A program made the translations under genes and the position numbers. From the NCBI RefSeq assembly GCF_988242995.1, contig NZ_OZ547043.1: 64,000 bases of DNA; one strand, written 5' to 3'. Of the stretch, positions 13,218 through 27,227 are shown piece after piece. The notes beneath the pieces were generated by a model that saw only the letters and a list, made by a program, of their open reading frames with translations, was not told the origin of the DNA and made no database searches. Each line of letters starts with the position of its first letter. Position 1 is the first letter of the stretch.

Positions 13218-13595
13218 ATGAGAAAAGGATGCTATGGGCTGGTGTCTCTGGCGTTGTTACTGCTGGTGGGCTGTCGTTCACATCCGGAAATTCCGGTGAA
13301 TGATGAGCAATCGCTGGTGATGGAGTCATCTTTATTGGCTGCGGGCATCAGTGCAGAAAAGCCCGTCCTTTCGACGTCTGATATTCAACCTTCAGCATCC
13401 TCAACGCTTTATAACGAAAGGCAAGAACCCGTTACCGTTCATTATCGTTTTTACTGGTATGACGCCAGAGGGCTGGAGATGCATCCTCTGGAAAGGCCAC
13501 GCAGCGTTACCATTCCCGCACATTCGGCGGTAACGCTGTACGGCAGCGCCAATTTTCTGGGGGCGCACAAAGTCAGACTTTATCTATATTTGTAA
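13218..13595 (+). CDS. ycfL: lipoprotein YcfL
   Basis: 125 aa; lipobox LLVGC; synteny. Confidence 0.85.
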   Translation: MRKGCYGLVSLALLLLVGCRSHPEIPVNDEQSLVMESSLLAAGISAEKPVLSTSDIQPSASSTLYNERQEPVTVHYRFYWYDARGLEMHPLERPRSVTIPAHSAVTLYGSANFLGAHKVRLYLYL

Positions 13596-13608
13596 GGGGT
13601 GAATCTTG

Positions 13609-14230
13609 ATGACAAAAATGAGTCGCTACGCCTTGATTACCGCGCTGGCGATGTTTCTCGCCGGGTGTGTGGGGCAACGTGAACCTGCACCGGTAGAAGA
13701 AGTGAAACCAGCGCCGGAACAACCAGCCGAGCCGCAACAGCCTGTCCCCACAGTGCCCTCGGTGCCGACAATCCCGCAGCAGCCAGGCCCAATTGAGCAC
13801 GAAGATCAAACTGCACCGCCTGCGCCGCATATTCGCCATTATGACTGGAATGGCGCAATGCAGCCGATGGTCAGTAAGATGCTTGGGGCTGACGGGGTGA
13901 CTGCGGGTAGCGTCCTTCTGGTTGATAGCGTTAACAACCGTACTAACGGTTCGCTGAATGCCGCAGAAGCGACCGAAACGCTGCGAAATGCGCTGGCTAA
14001 TAACGGTAAATTTACCCTGGTTTCCGCCCAGCAGCTGTCGATGGCAAAGCAACAGTTAGGTTTGTCGCCGCAGGACAGTTTAGGCACCCGTAGTAAAGCC
14101 ATAGGTATTGCCCGTAATGTCGGCGCTCATTACGTGCTGTACTCCAGCGCCTCTGGCAACGTTAACGCTCCGACCCTACAAATGCAGCTGATGCTGGTGC
14201 AGACGGGCGAAATTATCTGGTCAGGTAAAG

Positions 14231-14250
<20 letters not shown>
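13609..14250 (+). CDS. lpoB: outer-membrane lipoprotein activator of PBP1B
   Basis: 213 aa; lipobox FLAGC; proline-rich linker; synteny. Confidence 0.88.
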
Positions 14251-16091
<1,841 letters not shown>

Positions 16092-16113
16092 CCCTGGCTT
16101 ATGTGAGGAAGCG

Positions 16114-16656
16114 ATGATTATCTATTTACACGGTTTTGACTCTAACAGTCCGGGTAACCACGAGAAAGTCTTACAATTGCAGTTTATTGACCCGGATGTA
16201 CGCTTGATAAGCTACAGTACGCGGCATCCGAAACATGATATGCAGCATCTGCTCAAAGAAGTGGACAAAATGTTGCAACTGAACGTCGACGAGCGTCCGC
16301 TGATTTGCGGCGTTGGTCTGGGCGGATACTGGGCGGAACGGATTGGTTTTCTTTGCGATATCCGCCAGGTGATCTTCAACCCTAATTTGTTCCCTTATGA
16401 GAACATGGAAGGCAAGATTGATCGCCCGGAAGAGTATGCCGATATTGCCACTAAGTGTGTGACCAACTTCCGTGAGAAGAATCGCGATCGTTGCCTGGTG
16501 ATTTTGTCGCGTAATGATGAAGCGCTTAACAGCCAGCGGACATCTGAAGAGCTGCATCATTATTACGAGATTGTCTGGGACGAAGAGCAGACGCACAAAT
16601 TCAAGAATATCTCCCCGCATTTGCAGCGCATTAAAGCGTTCAAAACCCTCGGGTAA
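16114..16656 (+). CDS. ycfP: UPF0227 alpha/beta-hydrolase-fold protein
   Basis: 180 aa from [11 protein letters not shown] start inside ORF 16057..16656. Confidence 0.85.
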
Positions 16657-16659
16657 ATG

Positions 16660-16785
<126 letters not shown>

Positions 16786-17055
16786 GAACGCCCTCCATAC
16801 ACACCTCACTCTATATCACTCTCACAAATTCGCTCAAATAATAAACAACAAACTCTGTTTTTTGATCTCACCCGGTAAAGTCGCCTATCTTTTCAGCAAC
16901 AAAACTTGATTAACATCAATTTTGGTATGACCAATGCACCATTCATGTTATTCTCATTAGCGAAGAACATTTTCATTGCTGTAACCTGTTGTTAATTAAG
17001 AGCTATGTTAATAACCATTAATTAACAATTGGTTAATAAATTTAAGGGGGTCACG

Positions 17056-18360
17056 TTGACTACGCCATTGAAAAAAATTGTGATTGTCGGCGGCGGTGCT
17101 GGTGGGCTGGAAATGGCAACACAGCTGGGGCATAAGCTGGGACGCAAGAAAAAAGCCAAAATTACGCTGGTCGATCGTAACCACAGCCACCTGTGGAAAC
17201 CGCTGCTGCACGAAGTAGCGACTGGCTCGCTTGATGAAGGCGTCGATGCGTTGAGCTATCTGGCCCATGCGCGCAATCATGGTTTCCAGTTCCAGCTGGG
17301 TTCCGTCATTGATATTGATCGTGAAGCGAAAACAATCACTATTGCAGAACTGCGCGACGAGAAAGGTGAACTGCTGGTTCCGGAACGTAAAATCGCCTAT
17401 GACACTCTGGTAATGGCGCTGGGTAGCACCTCTAACGATTTCAATACACCAGGTGTCAAAGAGAACTGCATTTTCCTCGATAACCCGCACCAGGCGCGTC
17501 GCTTCCACCAGGAGATGCTGAATCTGTTCCTGAAATACTCCGCCAACCTGGGCGCGAATGGCAAAGTGAACATTGCGATTGTCGGTGGCGGCGCGACGGG
17601 TGTAGAACTCTCCGCTGAATTGCACAACGCGGTCAAGCAACTGCACAGCTACGGCTATAAAGGTCTGACCAACGAAGCCCTGAACGTAACGCTGGTAGAA
17701 GCGGGTGAACGTATTTTGCCTGCATTACCGCCACGTATCTCTGCTGCGGCCCATAATGAGTTAACGAAACTTGGCGTTCGCGTGCTGACGCAAACCATGG
17801 TCACCAGTGCTGATGAAGGCGGCCTGCATACTAAAGATGGCGAATATATTGAGGCTGATCTGATGGTGTGGGCAGCCGGGATCAAAGCGCCAGACTTCCT
17901 GAAAGATATCGGTGGTCTTGAAACCAACCGTATCAACCAGCTGGTGGTGGAACCGACGCTGCAAACCACTCGCGATCCAGACATTTACGCTATTGGCGAT
18001 TGCGCGTCATGCCCGCGTCCGGAAGGGGGCTTTGTTCCGCCGCGCGCTCAGGCTGCACACCAGATGGCAACTTGCGCAATGAACAACATTCTGGCGCAGA
18101 TGAATGGTAAGCCGCTGAAAAATTATCAGTATAAAGATCACGGTTCTCTGGTATCGCTGTCGAACTTCTCCACCGTCGGTAGCCTGATGGGTAACCTGAC
18201 GCGCGGCTCAATGATGATTGAAGGACGAATTGCGCGCTTTGTATACATCTCGCTGTACAGAATGCATCAGATTGCGCTGCATGGTTACTTTAAAACCGGA
18301 TTAATGATGCTGGTGGGGAGTATTAACCGCGTTATCCGTCCACGTTTGAAGTTGCATTAA
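17056..18360 (+). CDS. ndh: type II NADH:quinone oxidoreductase (NDH-2)
   Basis: 434 aa from TTG start 5 nt after SD aaggggg; FAD-binding motif [10 protein letters not shown]. Confidence 0.93.
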
Positions 18361-18452
18361 TCGGCTTGTACTGGCGGATGGGGCATAAACGCTTCATCCG
18401 CCCTGGACAAATGGTACGAGCGGTAGGCCTGATAAGACGCGTTATGAACTGC

Positions 18453-19412
<960 letters not shown>

Positions 19413-20021
19413 TCATTCTTCATCTCTTCCGGCGTCATGTTTGCCTCGTTTTCATGGGTATCATCAGAACGGGTCATGCTTTTCTCCTTCCTGCGCCTGA
19501 TAAAGGCCTCATTACCAGATTTGCGGTAGCCTTTTATCCAGTTTTTAACCGTGTTGTGGCTGGGAATGTTAAACCGGGCAGCTACCCGGGGTAGAGACTC
19601 AGAATGCCCGAGAGCATAAAGAACCACGCAAAGTTTATCTTCAGGAGAATAGCTACGCTTGTGTCTGCAATCCAGTGCCCGAGGACCGTGAAGAAGAAAA
19701 AGATTAATCCAGTGTGAGAGGCTGGTGTGAGAAAGTTGAAAGAGTTTTGCCGTAGAAATGATGCCTGCATGACCAGCCAGGTAATGATTTACAGCGGCAA
19801 GTTTTACTTCAAATGAATGTTTCATAAACTGCACCTTCAGATGTCAGATTATGTCCAACATTTGGGGTGCAGTTCATTAAGCGTCGCATCAGGCATTCCT
19901 TCAGACTCCTCCGAATCCCTAAGTATTTCCAGCCATTCCCGCGCTTTTCATCTTCTGTCTGATAGCTGCTTTTCTCCTTCGCTTGCATGATTGGCATAAC
20001 AGCAAAGAAGGAGGTGTTCCC

Positions 20022-20561
20022 GTGAATAAATCAATGTTGGCGGGTATCGGGATTGGTGTCGCAGCTGCGTTGGGCGTAGCGGCAGTGGCCAGTCTGAACG
20101 TGTTTGAACGTGGCCCGCAATACGCTCAGGTTGTTTCTGCAACCCCAATCAAGGAAACGGTTAAAACACCGCGTCAGGAGTGTCGCAACGTCACAGTGAC
20201 CCATCGTCGACCGGTGCAGGATGAAAATCGCATTACCGGGTCGGTGCTCGGCGCTGTTGCTGGCGGCGTGATAGGGCATCAGTTTGGCGGTGGTCGCGGT
20301 AAAGATGTCGCCACTGTTGTGGGGGCGCTGGGAGGTGGCTATGCCGGTAACCAGATCCAGGGCTCTCTCCAGGAAAGCGATACTTACACGACTACGCAAC
20401 AGCGTTGTAAAACGGTGTATGACAAGTCAGAAAAAATGCTCGGTTATGATGTGACCTATAAGATTGGCGATCAGCAGGGCAAAATCCGCATGGACCGCGA
20501 TCCGGGTACGCAGATCCCGCTAGATAGCAACGGGCAACTGATTTTGAATAACAAAGTATAA
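20022..20561 (+). CDS. ycfJ: glycine-zipper outer-membrane lipoprotein family protein
   Basis: 179 aa from GTG after SD aaggagg; GxxxG-rich segment LGAVAGGVIGHQFGGG. Confidence 0.85.
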   Translation: MNKSMLAGIGIGVAAALGVAAVASLNVFERGPQYAQVVSATPIKETVKTPRQECRNVTVTHRRPVQDENRITGSVLGAVAGGVIGHQFGGGRGKDVATVVGALGGGYAGNQIQGSLQESDTYTTTQQRCKTVYDKSEKMLGYDVTYKIGDQQGKIRMDRDPGTQIPLDSNGQLILNNKV

Positions 20562-20622
20562 CAAGGCTGTACTCTGCAATTTAGCCCCTCATTCGCTCAG
20601 GCTGAGGGGCTTTTTTTGCGCC

Positions 20623-21255
20623 TTATTTCACCAGTTCGGGCCATAAACGCAAAGTCGTTCGGACAATCTGCATCAGTTTTTCCAGCGATGCACCTTCGCG
20701 TGCGCTGATCGACATCCCCTGAATAATACAATTAAGGAATTCAGCCAGATGCGTCACGTCACAGTGGGTCGGGATTTCACCGCGCGCTTGTCGTTGACAT
20801 AAAAACTGCTGCAAAGTGCGCTCTTGCATCGCATGGCGTGATTTCAGCGTATTGCCGATATCTCCGGAATCTGGGGAGAGGGTGGTGCAGTTGTTGATCA
20901 TGAAGCAGCCTGCCGGGGTGTCTTTGCTGGTAAAGCAGTTGGCGATGGCAGCAAAATAGTCAGCCAGCGCAGACTCCACGCTTTTCTCTTCACAAAACAG
21001 CTGTGCTTCATGCTTAGCGGCAAAACGATCGATATAGCGGTCGAGAACGGCGCGAAATAACCCCTCTTTGTTGGTAAATTCCGCGTATAGCGTGGGCGCT
21101 TTGGCTCCGGTCGCTTCGACGAGGTCCGCAAGAGAAGTCGCTTCATAACCGTGTTGCCAGAACAATTTCATGGCCTTATCAAGCGCTGCATCCCTGTCGA
21201 ACACTTTTGGGCGGCCACGGCTTTTTTTTACACATTGTGTTGAGTCAGTTGCCAT
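20623..21255 (-). CDS. comR: TetR-family transcriptional repressor ComR
   Basis: 210 aa from internal ATG of ORF 20623..21333; N-terminal HTH; divergent from bhsA. Confidence 0.85.
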   Translation of the reverse strand: MATDSTQCVKKSRGRPKVFDRDAALDKAMKLFWQHGYEATSLADLVEATGAKAPTLYAEFTNKEGLFRAVLDRYIDRFAAKHEAQLFCEEKSVESALADYFAAIANCFTSKDTPAGCFMINNCTTLSPDSGDIGNTLKSRHAMQERTLQQFLCQRQARGEIPTHCDVTHLAEFLNCIIQGMSISAREGASLEKLMQIVRTTLRLWPELVK

Positions 21256-21410
21256 GATGCCGTTGTACCTGGTGACTGTGAATGAAAGGTTATTATAAAA
21301 ATAATCACCTCCGTTCACCAGTCCAGATCCCATAAAAATAATTGCTTTCTATTTAACTGAAATTTAAAGATTTTTAAATTAATTAATGATTGTTATAAAA
21401 AATATCTTGT

Positions 21411-21428
21411 ATGTGATCCAGATCACAT
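21411..21428. promoter_or_regulatory. perfect 8-bp-arm palindrome in the comR-bhsA intergenic region, candidate TetR-type (ComR) operator
   Basis: ATGTGATC-CA-GATCACAT read directly, about 68 bp upstream of the bhsA ATG. Confidence 0.4.
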
Positions 21429-21495
21429 CTATCATTTAGTTATCGATCGTTAAGTAATTGCTTGCGACGTCATTCATCTGCATAAGGCCACTATT

Positions 21496-21753
21496 ATGAA
21501 AAACGTAAAAACCCTCATCGCTGCGGCGATTTTAAGCTCCATGTCATTTGCCAGCTTTGCTGCTGTCGAAGTTCAGTCAACGCCAGAAGGCCAACAAAAA
21601 GTCGGTACTATCAGTGCTAACGCGGGGACAAATCTGGGATCGCTGGAAGAGCAGCTGGCGCAAAAAGCGGATGAGATGGGCGCAAAATCATTCCGTATTA
21701 CTTCTGTAACCGGTCCAAATACCCTCCATGGAACAGCAGTAATTTATAAATAA
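21496..21753 (+). CDS. bhsA: multiple-stress-resistance outer-membrane protein (YhcN/BhsA family)
   Basis: 85 aa; signal peptide; synteny next to comR. Confidence 0.88.
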   Translation: MKNVKTLIAAAILSSMSFASFAAVEVQSTPEGQQKVGTISANAGTNLGSLEEQLAQKADEMGAKSFRITSVTGPNTLHGTAVIYK

Positions 21754-21793
21754 GCATTAACCCTCATTAATGCCTGCTACTGCTGATTTTTTC

Positions 21794-21823
21794 CCCGCGA
21801 CATGCCGTGTCGCGGGGATTTTT
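21794..21823 (+). terminator. rho-independent terminator of bhsA
   Basis: hairpin ccccgcgaca-tgcc-gtgtcgcgggg followed by T-run; the IS200-like left end abuts it. Confidence 0.7.
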
Positions 21824-22535
21824 GTGCACAGAAAACCCCCAGCTAGGCTGGGGGTTCCGGAAAGCTTTCAGCTTTGAGCCAGTTATTAAAACCCCTTTTG
21901 ATTTGTTAAAACACTTTGCGGTCTGGCAACTGCAAGTGTCAAACAAGAAATCAAAAGGGGGTCCCAATGGGGAACGAAAAGAGCTTAGCGCACACCCGAT
22001 GGAACTGTAAATATCACATAGTTTTTGCGCCAAAATACCGAAGACAGGTGTTCTACAGAGAGAAGCGTAGAGCAATAGGCAGTATTTTGAGAAAGCTGTG
22101 TGAGTGGAAAAGCGTACGGATTCTGGAAGCTGAATGCTGTGCAGATTATATCCATATGCTTGTGGAGATCCCGCCCAAAATGAGCGTATCCGGCTTTATG
22201 GGATATCTGAAAGGGAAAAGCAGTCTGATGCTTTACGAGCAGTTTGGTGATTTGAAATTCAAATACAGGAACAGGGAGTTCTGGTGCAGAGGGTACTACG
22301 TCGATACAGTGGGTAAGAACACGGCGAAGATACAGGATTACATAAAGCACCAGCTTGAAGAGGATAAAATGGGAGAGCAGTTATCGATTCCCTATCCGGG
22401 CAGCCCGTTTACGGGCCGTAAGTAACGAAGTTGGATGCAAATGTCAGATCGTGTGCGCCTGTTAGGGCGCGGCTGGTAAGAGAGCCTTATAGGCGCATTT
22501 GAAAAACCTCCGGCTATGCCGGAGGATATTTATTT
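21824..22535 (+). mobile_element. IS200-like element (IS200/IS605 family), copy A, about 712 bp
   Basis: identical to copy B at 50427..51138; left-end hairpin aaacccccagc-taggc-tgggggtt; single Y1 transposase ORF; boundaries from where the two copies diverge (+/- 3 bp). Confidence 0.88.
21967..22425 (+). CDS. tnpA: IS200/IS605-family Y1 (HUH) transposase TnpA
   Basis: 152 aa from ATG; HUH-like motif YHIVFAPKYRR and catalytic-Tyr region YIKHQ. Confidence 0.9.
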   Translation: MGNEKSLAHTRWNCKYHIVFAPKYRRQVFYREKRRAIGSILRKLCEWKSVRILEAECCADYIHMLVEIPPKMSVSGFMGYLKGKSSLMLYEQFGDLKFKYRNREFWCRGYYVDTVGKNTAKIQDYIKHQLEEDKMGEQLSIPYPGSPFTGRK

Positions 22536-22546
22536 TTATCCAGGAT

Positions 22547-23512
22547 TTACAGAGTTTGTGGGCTCACTTGATGACGGCGGACATCCACCGGCATCCCGGA
22601 ACGGACATCCATCACATGTTGCATCACTTCAGCGTCAGTTTGTGCTGCATCTTTAAATGATTGCATTGCGCTATTCAGCGTAATTGGCAGCAGCTGCGGA
22701 TCGTCATCAATCTTCTCTGACAGCGGCTGATGTACTTCAACCAGACGCGCACCGTTTGGTTCGGCAGAGACTTTTATCGGAGTGTTGATGATATTCACTT
22801 TGGTGCCTGGGGTGACCTGGCTAAAGAGTGTTTTGATATCGTCATCACGCAGACGAATACAGCCAGAACTTACCCGCATGCCAATGCCGAAATCGGCGTT
22901 CGTACCGTGAAGCAAATAAACACCGCCATAGGCCGCCAGACGAATCGCATGATGGCCCATTGGGTTATCCGGTCCAGCCGGAACTACCGCAGGCAACTCA
23001 ATTCCCTGTGCTTTATAACGGGCGCGGATGTTTGCCGTTGGCGTCCAGGTTGGGTTTGCACGTTTGTCTGAAACGGTGGTCACCATTGTCGGTGTCAGCG
23101 TGTCACCACCCAACTGACCAATGCCGATGGGATACACGGTTACCGAATTTTTACCCGGCGGGTAGTAATAGAGACGCAGCTCCGCAATGTTGATCACAAT
23201 GCCTTCGCGCGGCGCGTCTGGAAGTAGGGTTTGCAACGGGATCGTTAACACGCTACCCGCGCGCGGTACGTAAGGATCAACACCGGGGTTAGCCTGTAAC
23301 AGAGCGAGAAAGCCGACGTTATATTTTTTGGCGATGGCTTCCAGAGAACCACCGTCATTTTCCACCACATGAAATTTGTTTTCGCCAACCAGACGACTGC
23401 CCGCTGGCGGCAGCGGCCAGGTGTTGGCTTTTGCCGGTAGCGCCAGCGCCACGGCAGCGGCGAACGTAAAAAACGTTAGCCAGCGAGAAAAACGCGTTTT
23501 GATCATCACCAA
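22547..23512 (-). CDS. ldtC: L,D-transpeptidase (YkuD domain) linking Lpp to peptidoglycan
   Basis: about 320 aa; signal peptide; catalytic region GTNADFGIGMRVSSGCIRL; true start may be 1-2 codons inside the ORF. Confidence 0.88.
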   Translation of the reverse strand: MVMIKTRFSRWLTFFTFAAAVALALPAKANTWPLPPAGSRLVGENKFHVVENDGGSLEAIAKKYNVGFLALLQANPGVDPYVPRAGSVLTIPLQTLLPDAPREGIVINIAELRLYYYPPGKNSVTVYPIGIGQLGGDTLTPTMVTTVSDKRANPTWTPTANIRARYKAQGIELPAVVPAGPDNPMGHHAIRLAAYGGVYLLHGTNADFGIGMRVSSGCIRLRDDDIKTLFSQVTPGTKVNIINTPIKVSAEPNGARLVEVHQPLSEKIDDDPQLLPITLNSAMQSFKDAAQTDAEVMQHVMDVRSGMPVDVRRHQVSPQTL

Positions 23513-23653
23513 AAATCCATAATAAATATAAGGTTATTGTAATAAACAGATAAGCCTGAATTATGGATGGTGACAGTGTCGGATAGTGCAGGGAAGTGCA
23601 AAGAATTTGTAAATGTTGCAGATGGGGGCGCAGAAACGCCCCCAATCTAACCA

Positions 23654-26600
23654 TCAAGCGATGGCGTTCTCTTCCAGTTCACGCATAAACTGGCGTACCC
23701 ATTCGATACGCGTTTTCCGCTCACTCAAATCCTGAATAAACTTCAGGCGCGTCGGACCATCAAGGCGGTAATGCTGCGGCTGTTTTTGCAGCAAACCAAT
23801 CAGCCATGCCGGATTAACGTGATTCTTCTCGGCAAATTCGATCACGCCGCCTTTCTCATTACCTTCCAGCTTCCTGATCCCCAGTTTCTGCGCTTGCTGG
23901 CGCAGACGGGCAATATCCAGCAGGGTACGCGCCGGATCCGGCAGCAGGCCGAAGCGATCGATAAGCTCAACTTTGATCTCTTCCAGTTCGTTTTCCGTTT
24001 TGGCGCTGGCAATACGTTTATAGAACGACAAACGCGTATTCACGTCAGGAATGAAATCATCCGGCAACAGCGACGGCATCCGCAGCTCGACTTCTGTTTG
24101 CTGACTGGTGAGATCTTCCAGCGACGGCTCGCGTCCGGCTTTCAGCGCATCGACGGCGTTTTCCAGCAACTCCATATACAGCGAGAAACCGATAGTTTCC
24201 ATTGAGCCACTTTGTTCTTCGCCAAGCAGTTCACCCGCGCCGCGAATCTCCAGATCGTGCGTTGCCAGCGCAAAACCTGCCCCGAGATCTTCCAGCGAGG
24301 CAATCGCTTCAAGACGTTTTTGCGCATCGGTAGTCATCGCTTTTGGATGCGGCGTCAGCAGCCATGCATATGCCTGATGATGCGAACGTCCGACGCGACC
24401 GCGCAACTGGTGCAGCTGCGCCAGACCGAAGTGATCCGCGCGTTCAATGATAATGGTGTTGGCTGTCGGGATGTCGATCCCGGTTTCGATAATGGTGGTA
24501 CAAACCAGCACGTTGAAACGTTGATGATGGAAATCATTCATCACCCGTTCCAGTTCGCGCTCACGCATCTGCCCGTGACCGATGGCAATCCGCGCTTCTG
24601 GCACCAGTTCCGCCAGCCGTTCGGCGGCTTTCTGGATGTTTTCCACATCATTGTAAAGATAATAAACCTGCCCCCCGCGCAAAATTTCACGCAGGATCGC
24701 CTCCCTGACCACCAGACTGTCATACTCGCGGACAAACGTTTTGACCGCCAGACGACGGGCGGGCGGCGTGGCAATAATCGACAGATCGCGCATTCCGCTC
24801 ATCGCCATATTCAGCGTACGTGGGATCGGCGTAGCGGTAAGCGTCAGAATATCCACGTTCGCGCGCATCGCTTTAATGCGCTCTTTATGACGCACCCCGA
24901 AGCGGTGTTCTTCATCGACAATCAGCAGGCCTAAATCTTTAAACTTGACGTCACTTTGCAGCAGTTTGTGCGTACCGATCAGAATATCGATTTTCCCTTC
25001 CGCCACTTCCGCAAGGATTTGCGTCTGCTCTTTGGCGCTGCGGAAACGGGAGATCATTTCGATACGTACCGGCCAGTTGGCGAAACGGTCGCGGAAGTTG
25101 TCGTAATGCTGCTGCGCGAGAAGGGTGGTAGGCACCAGCACCGCCACCTGCTTGTGGTTATCTACTGCCAGGAAAGCGGCGCGCATCGCCACTTCTGTTT
25201 TACCAAAGCCAACATCGCCGCACACCAGACGATCCATTGCCAGCGGCTGACACATGTCGCTAAGTACCGCATTAATGGCCTGTGCCTGATCCGGCGTGGT
25301 TTCAAACGGGAAGCTGTCGCAGAACAACTGATACTGCTCACGATCGTGTTTAAACGCGTAGCCCTCTTTGGCGGCGCGTTGCGCGTAGATATCCAGCAAT
25401 TCTGCCGCCACATCACGCACTTTTTCCGCCGCTTTCTGCCGCGCGCGTGACCACGCATCGCCGCCAAGTTTATGCAGCGGGGCGTTTTCTTCCGCGCCAC
25501 CGGCGTAACGGCTAATCAGATGCAGTGACGACACCGGAACATACAGTTTGGCGTCGTTGGCATAGGTGAGCATCAAATACTCGCCAGTAATGCCGCCCGC
25601 TTCCAGCGTGGTCATTCCGGCATAGCGACCGACGCCGTGCTCCAGATGGACCACCGGCTGGCCAATATGCAGCTCCGCGAGGTTGCGGATCAGTGTATCG
25701 GGGTTGATGGTGCGGCGAGAATCCTGACGACGGCGGGCAACACGTTCACCGAGCAGATCGCTTTCGCAAATCAGCGCCAGGTTACGCACCTTATCGACAA
25801 AACCATGTTCGGCAGCGCCAATCATCAGATAACGCCCACGGTCGCTGGCTTCATCAAGACGCATAATGCGTTGCGGAGCAATTTTAATTCGTGCGAGCAG
25901 TTCACCCAGCGCTTCACGGCGACCTTCACTTTCTACCGAGAACACCACCGGACCGTCGAAAGTCTCGAGGAACTTACGTAGCGCATCCAGCGGCGCTTTT
26001 TGTTGTGCCTGAACGGCCAGGTCTGGCAGTTTCTGGAAACCTAAATTGGCATTCGCGGCTTTTGTCGGTAAATGTTCAGTTTTTAGCTGCACACGCGGCC
26101 AGTTTTTCAGCTCTGAAAAGAGCTCGTCTACCCGCAGCCAGAGCGATTGTGGTGGCAACAGTGGACGCATCGGATCGACGCCGCGATTCTCAAAACGCGC
26201 CAGCGTGTCAGCCTGGAAACGTTCGGCACTGTTTTCCAGATCGCCAGTATTCACCAGCAAGGTATTGGCAGGGAAATAACTGAACAGCGGCGGCAGTGGT
26301 TCGCTGAAGAACAATGGCTGCCAGTACTCGATCCCGGCAGGTAATGTGCCTTTACTCACTTGCTGATAAATATGTTCCGGGTCGCGCTTCACTTCGAAGG
26401 TATCACGCCACTGGCTGCGGAACAGTTCAATTGCCGCTTTATCGGTCGGAAATTCGTGCGCGGGCAGCAGATTGATCTCTTCTACTTCCTCCAGCGTGCG
26501 CTGGCTATCGACGTCAAACACCCGCAGGCTGTCGATTTCATCATCAAAGAAATCAAGACGATAAGGCAGCTCACTCCCCATCGGGAAGAGATCCAGCAAC

Positions 26601-27100
26601 GCGCCGCGCGTGGCGTATTCGCCGTGCTCCATCACCTGGTCAACATGGCGATAACCGGCGCTGTCCAGTTGGGTTCGTAATGCATCTCGTGACAGGCGCT
26701 GACCTTTTTTCATCACCAGCGCATGACCGTGGAGAAAACTGTGCGGGCAAACGCGCTGCATAAGCGTATTCACCGGAACAATCAGTACGCCACGCTGCAT
26801 CGTCGGTAGCTGGTAAAGGGTGGAAAGGCGCGAGGAGATAATGTCCTGATGAGGCGAAAAACTGTCGTAGGGAAGAGTTTCCCAGTCCGCCAGATTCATC
26901 ACCATTTGATCGGTAAACTGGCTGATTTCATCATGCAAACGCAGAGCATTTTGCATATCTGGTGCAATGAGTACCACCGGACCGGCGTGACGTTCGGCAA
27001 TTTCCGCTACCAGCGTCGCGCAGGCAGCGCCGGTTAACTCGCCCAGCAGACGCTGCTCACCCGCTTTGACGGGCAGCGTATAACGATATTGTTCAGGCAT
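23654..27100 (-). CDS. mfd: transcription-repair coupling factor
   Basis: 1148 aa from internal ATG of ORF 23654..27163; superfamily-2 helicase motifs (GDVGFGKTEVA, DEEHRFG). Confidence 0.95.
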   Translation of the reverse strand: MPEQYRYTLPVKAGEQRLLGELTGAACATLVAEIAERHAGPVVLIAPDMQNALRLHDEISQFTDQMVMNLADWETLPYDSFSPHQDIISSRLSTLYQLPTMQRGVLIVPVNTLMQRVCPHSFLHGHALVMKKGQRLSRDALRTQLDSAGYRHVDQVMEHGEYATRGALLDLFPMGSELPYRLDFFDDEIDSLRVFDVDSQRTLEEVEEINLLPAHEFPTDKAAIELFRSQWRDTFEVKRDPEHIYQQVSKGTLPAGIEYWQPLFFSEPLPPLFSYFPANTLLVNTGDLENSAERFQADTLARFENRGVDPMRPLLPPQSLWLRVDELFSELKNWPRVQLKTEHLPTKAANANLGFQKLPDLAVQAQQKAPLDALRKFLETFDGPVVFSVESEGRREALGELLARIKIAPQRIMRLDEASDRGRYLMIGAAEHGFVDKVRNLALICESDLLGERVARRRQDSRRTINPDTLIRNLAELHIGQPVVHLEHGVGRYAGMTTLEAGGITGEYLMLTYANDAKLYVPVSSLHLISRYAGGAEENAPLHKLGGDAWSRARQKAAEKVRDVAAELLDIYAQRAAKEGYAFKHDREQYQLFCDSFPFETTPDQAQAINAVLSDMCQPLAMDRLVCGDVGFGKTEVAMRAAFLAVDNHKQVAVLVPTTLLAQQHYDNFRDRFANWPVRIEMISRFRSAKEQTQILAEVAEGKIDILIGTHKLLQSDVKFKDLGLLIVDEEHRFGVRHKERIKAMRANVDILTLTATPIPRTLNMAMSGMRDLSIIATPPARRLAVKTFVREYDSLVVREAILREILRGGQVYYLYNDVENIQKAAERLAELVPEARIAIGHGQMRERELERVMNDFHHQRFNVLVCTTIIETGIDIPTANTIIIERADHFGLAQLHQLRGRVGRSHHQAYAWLLTPHPKAMTTDAQKRLEAIASLEDLGAGFALATHDLEIRGAGELLGEEQSGSMETIGFSLYMELLENAVDALKAGREPSLEDLTSQQTEVELRMPSLLPDDFIPDVNTRLSFYKRIASAKTENELEEIKVELIDRFGLLPDPARTLLDIARLRQQAQKLGIRKLEGNEKGGVIEFAEKNHVNPAWLIGLLQKQPQHYRLDGPTRLKFIQDLSERKTRIEWVRQFMRELEENAIA

Positions 27101-27227
27101 AACGGTTGTCAGATTCTCGTTAGGATATGCCTCAACATATGGGGGCATATCTCTGATAAGCAATGCTGTTCATTATCCGTAATCGACATGGTTTAGCAAA
27201 TTGAATCGCCCCGGCTGGGGCGATGGC

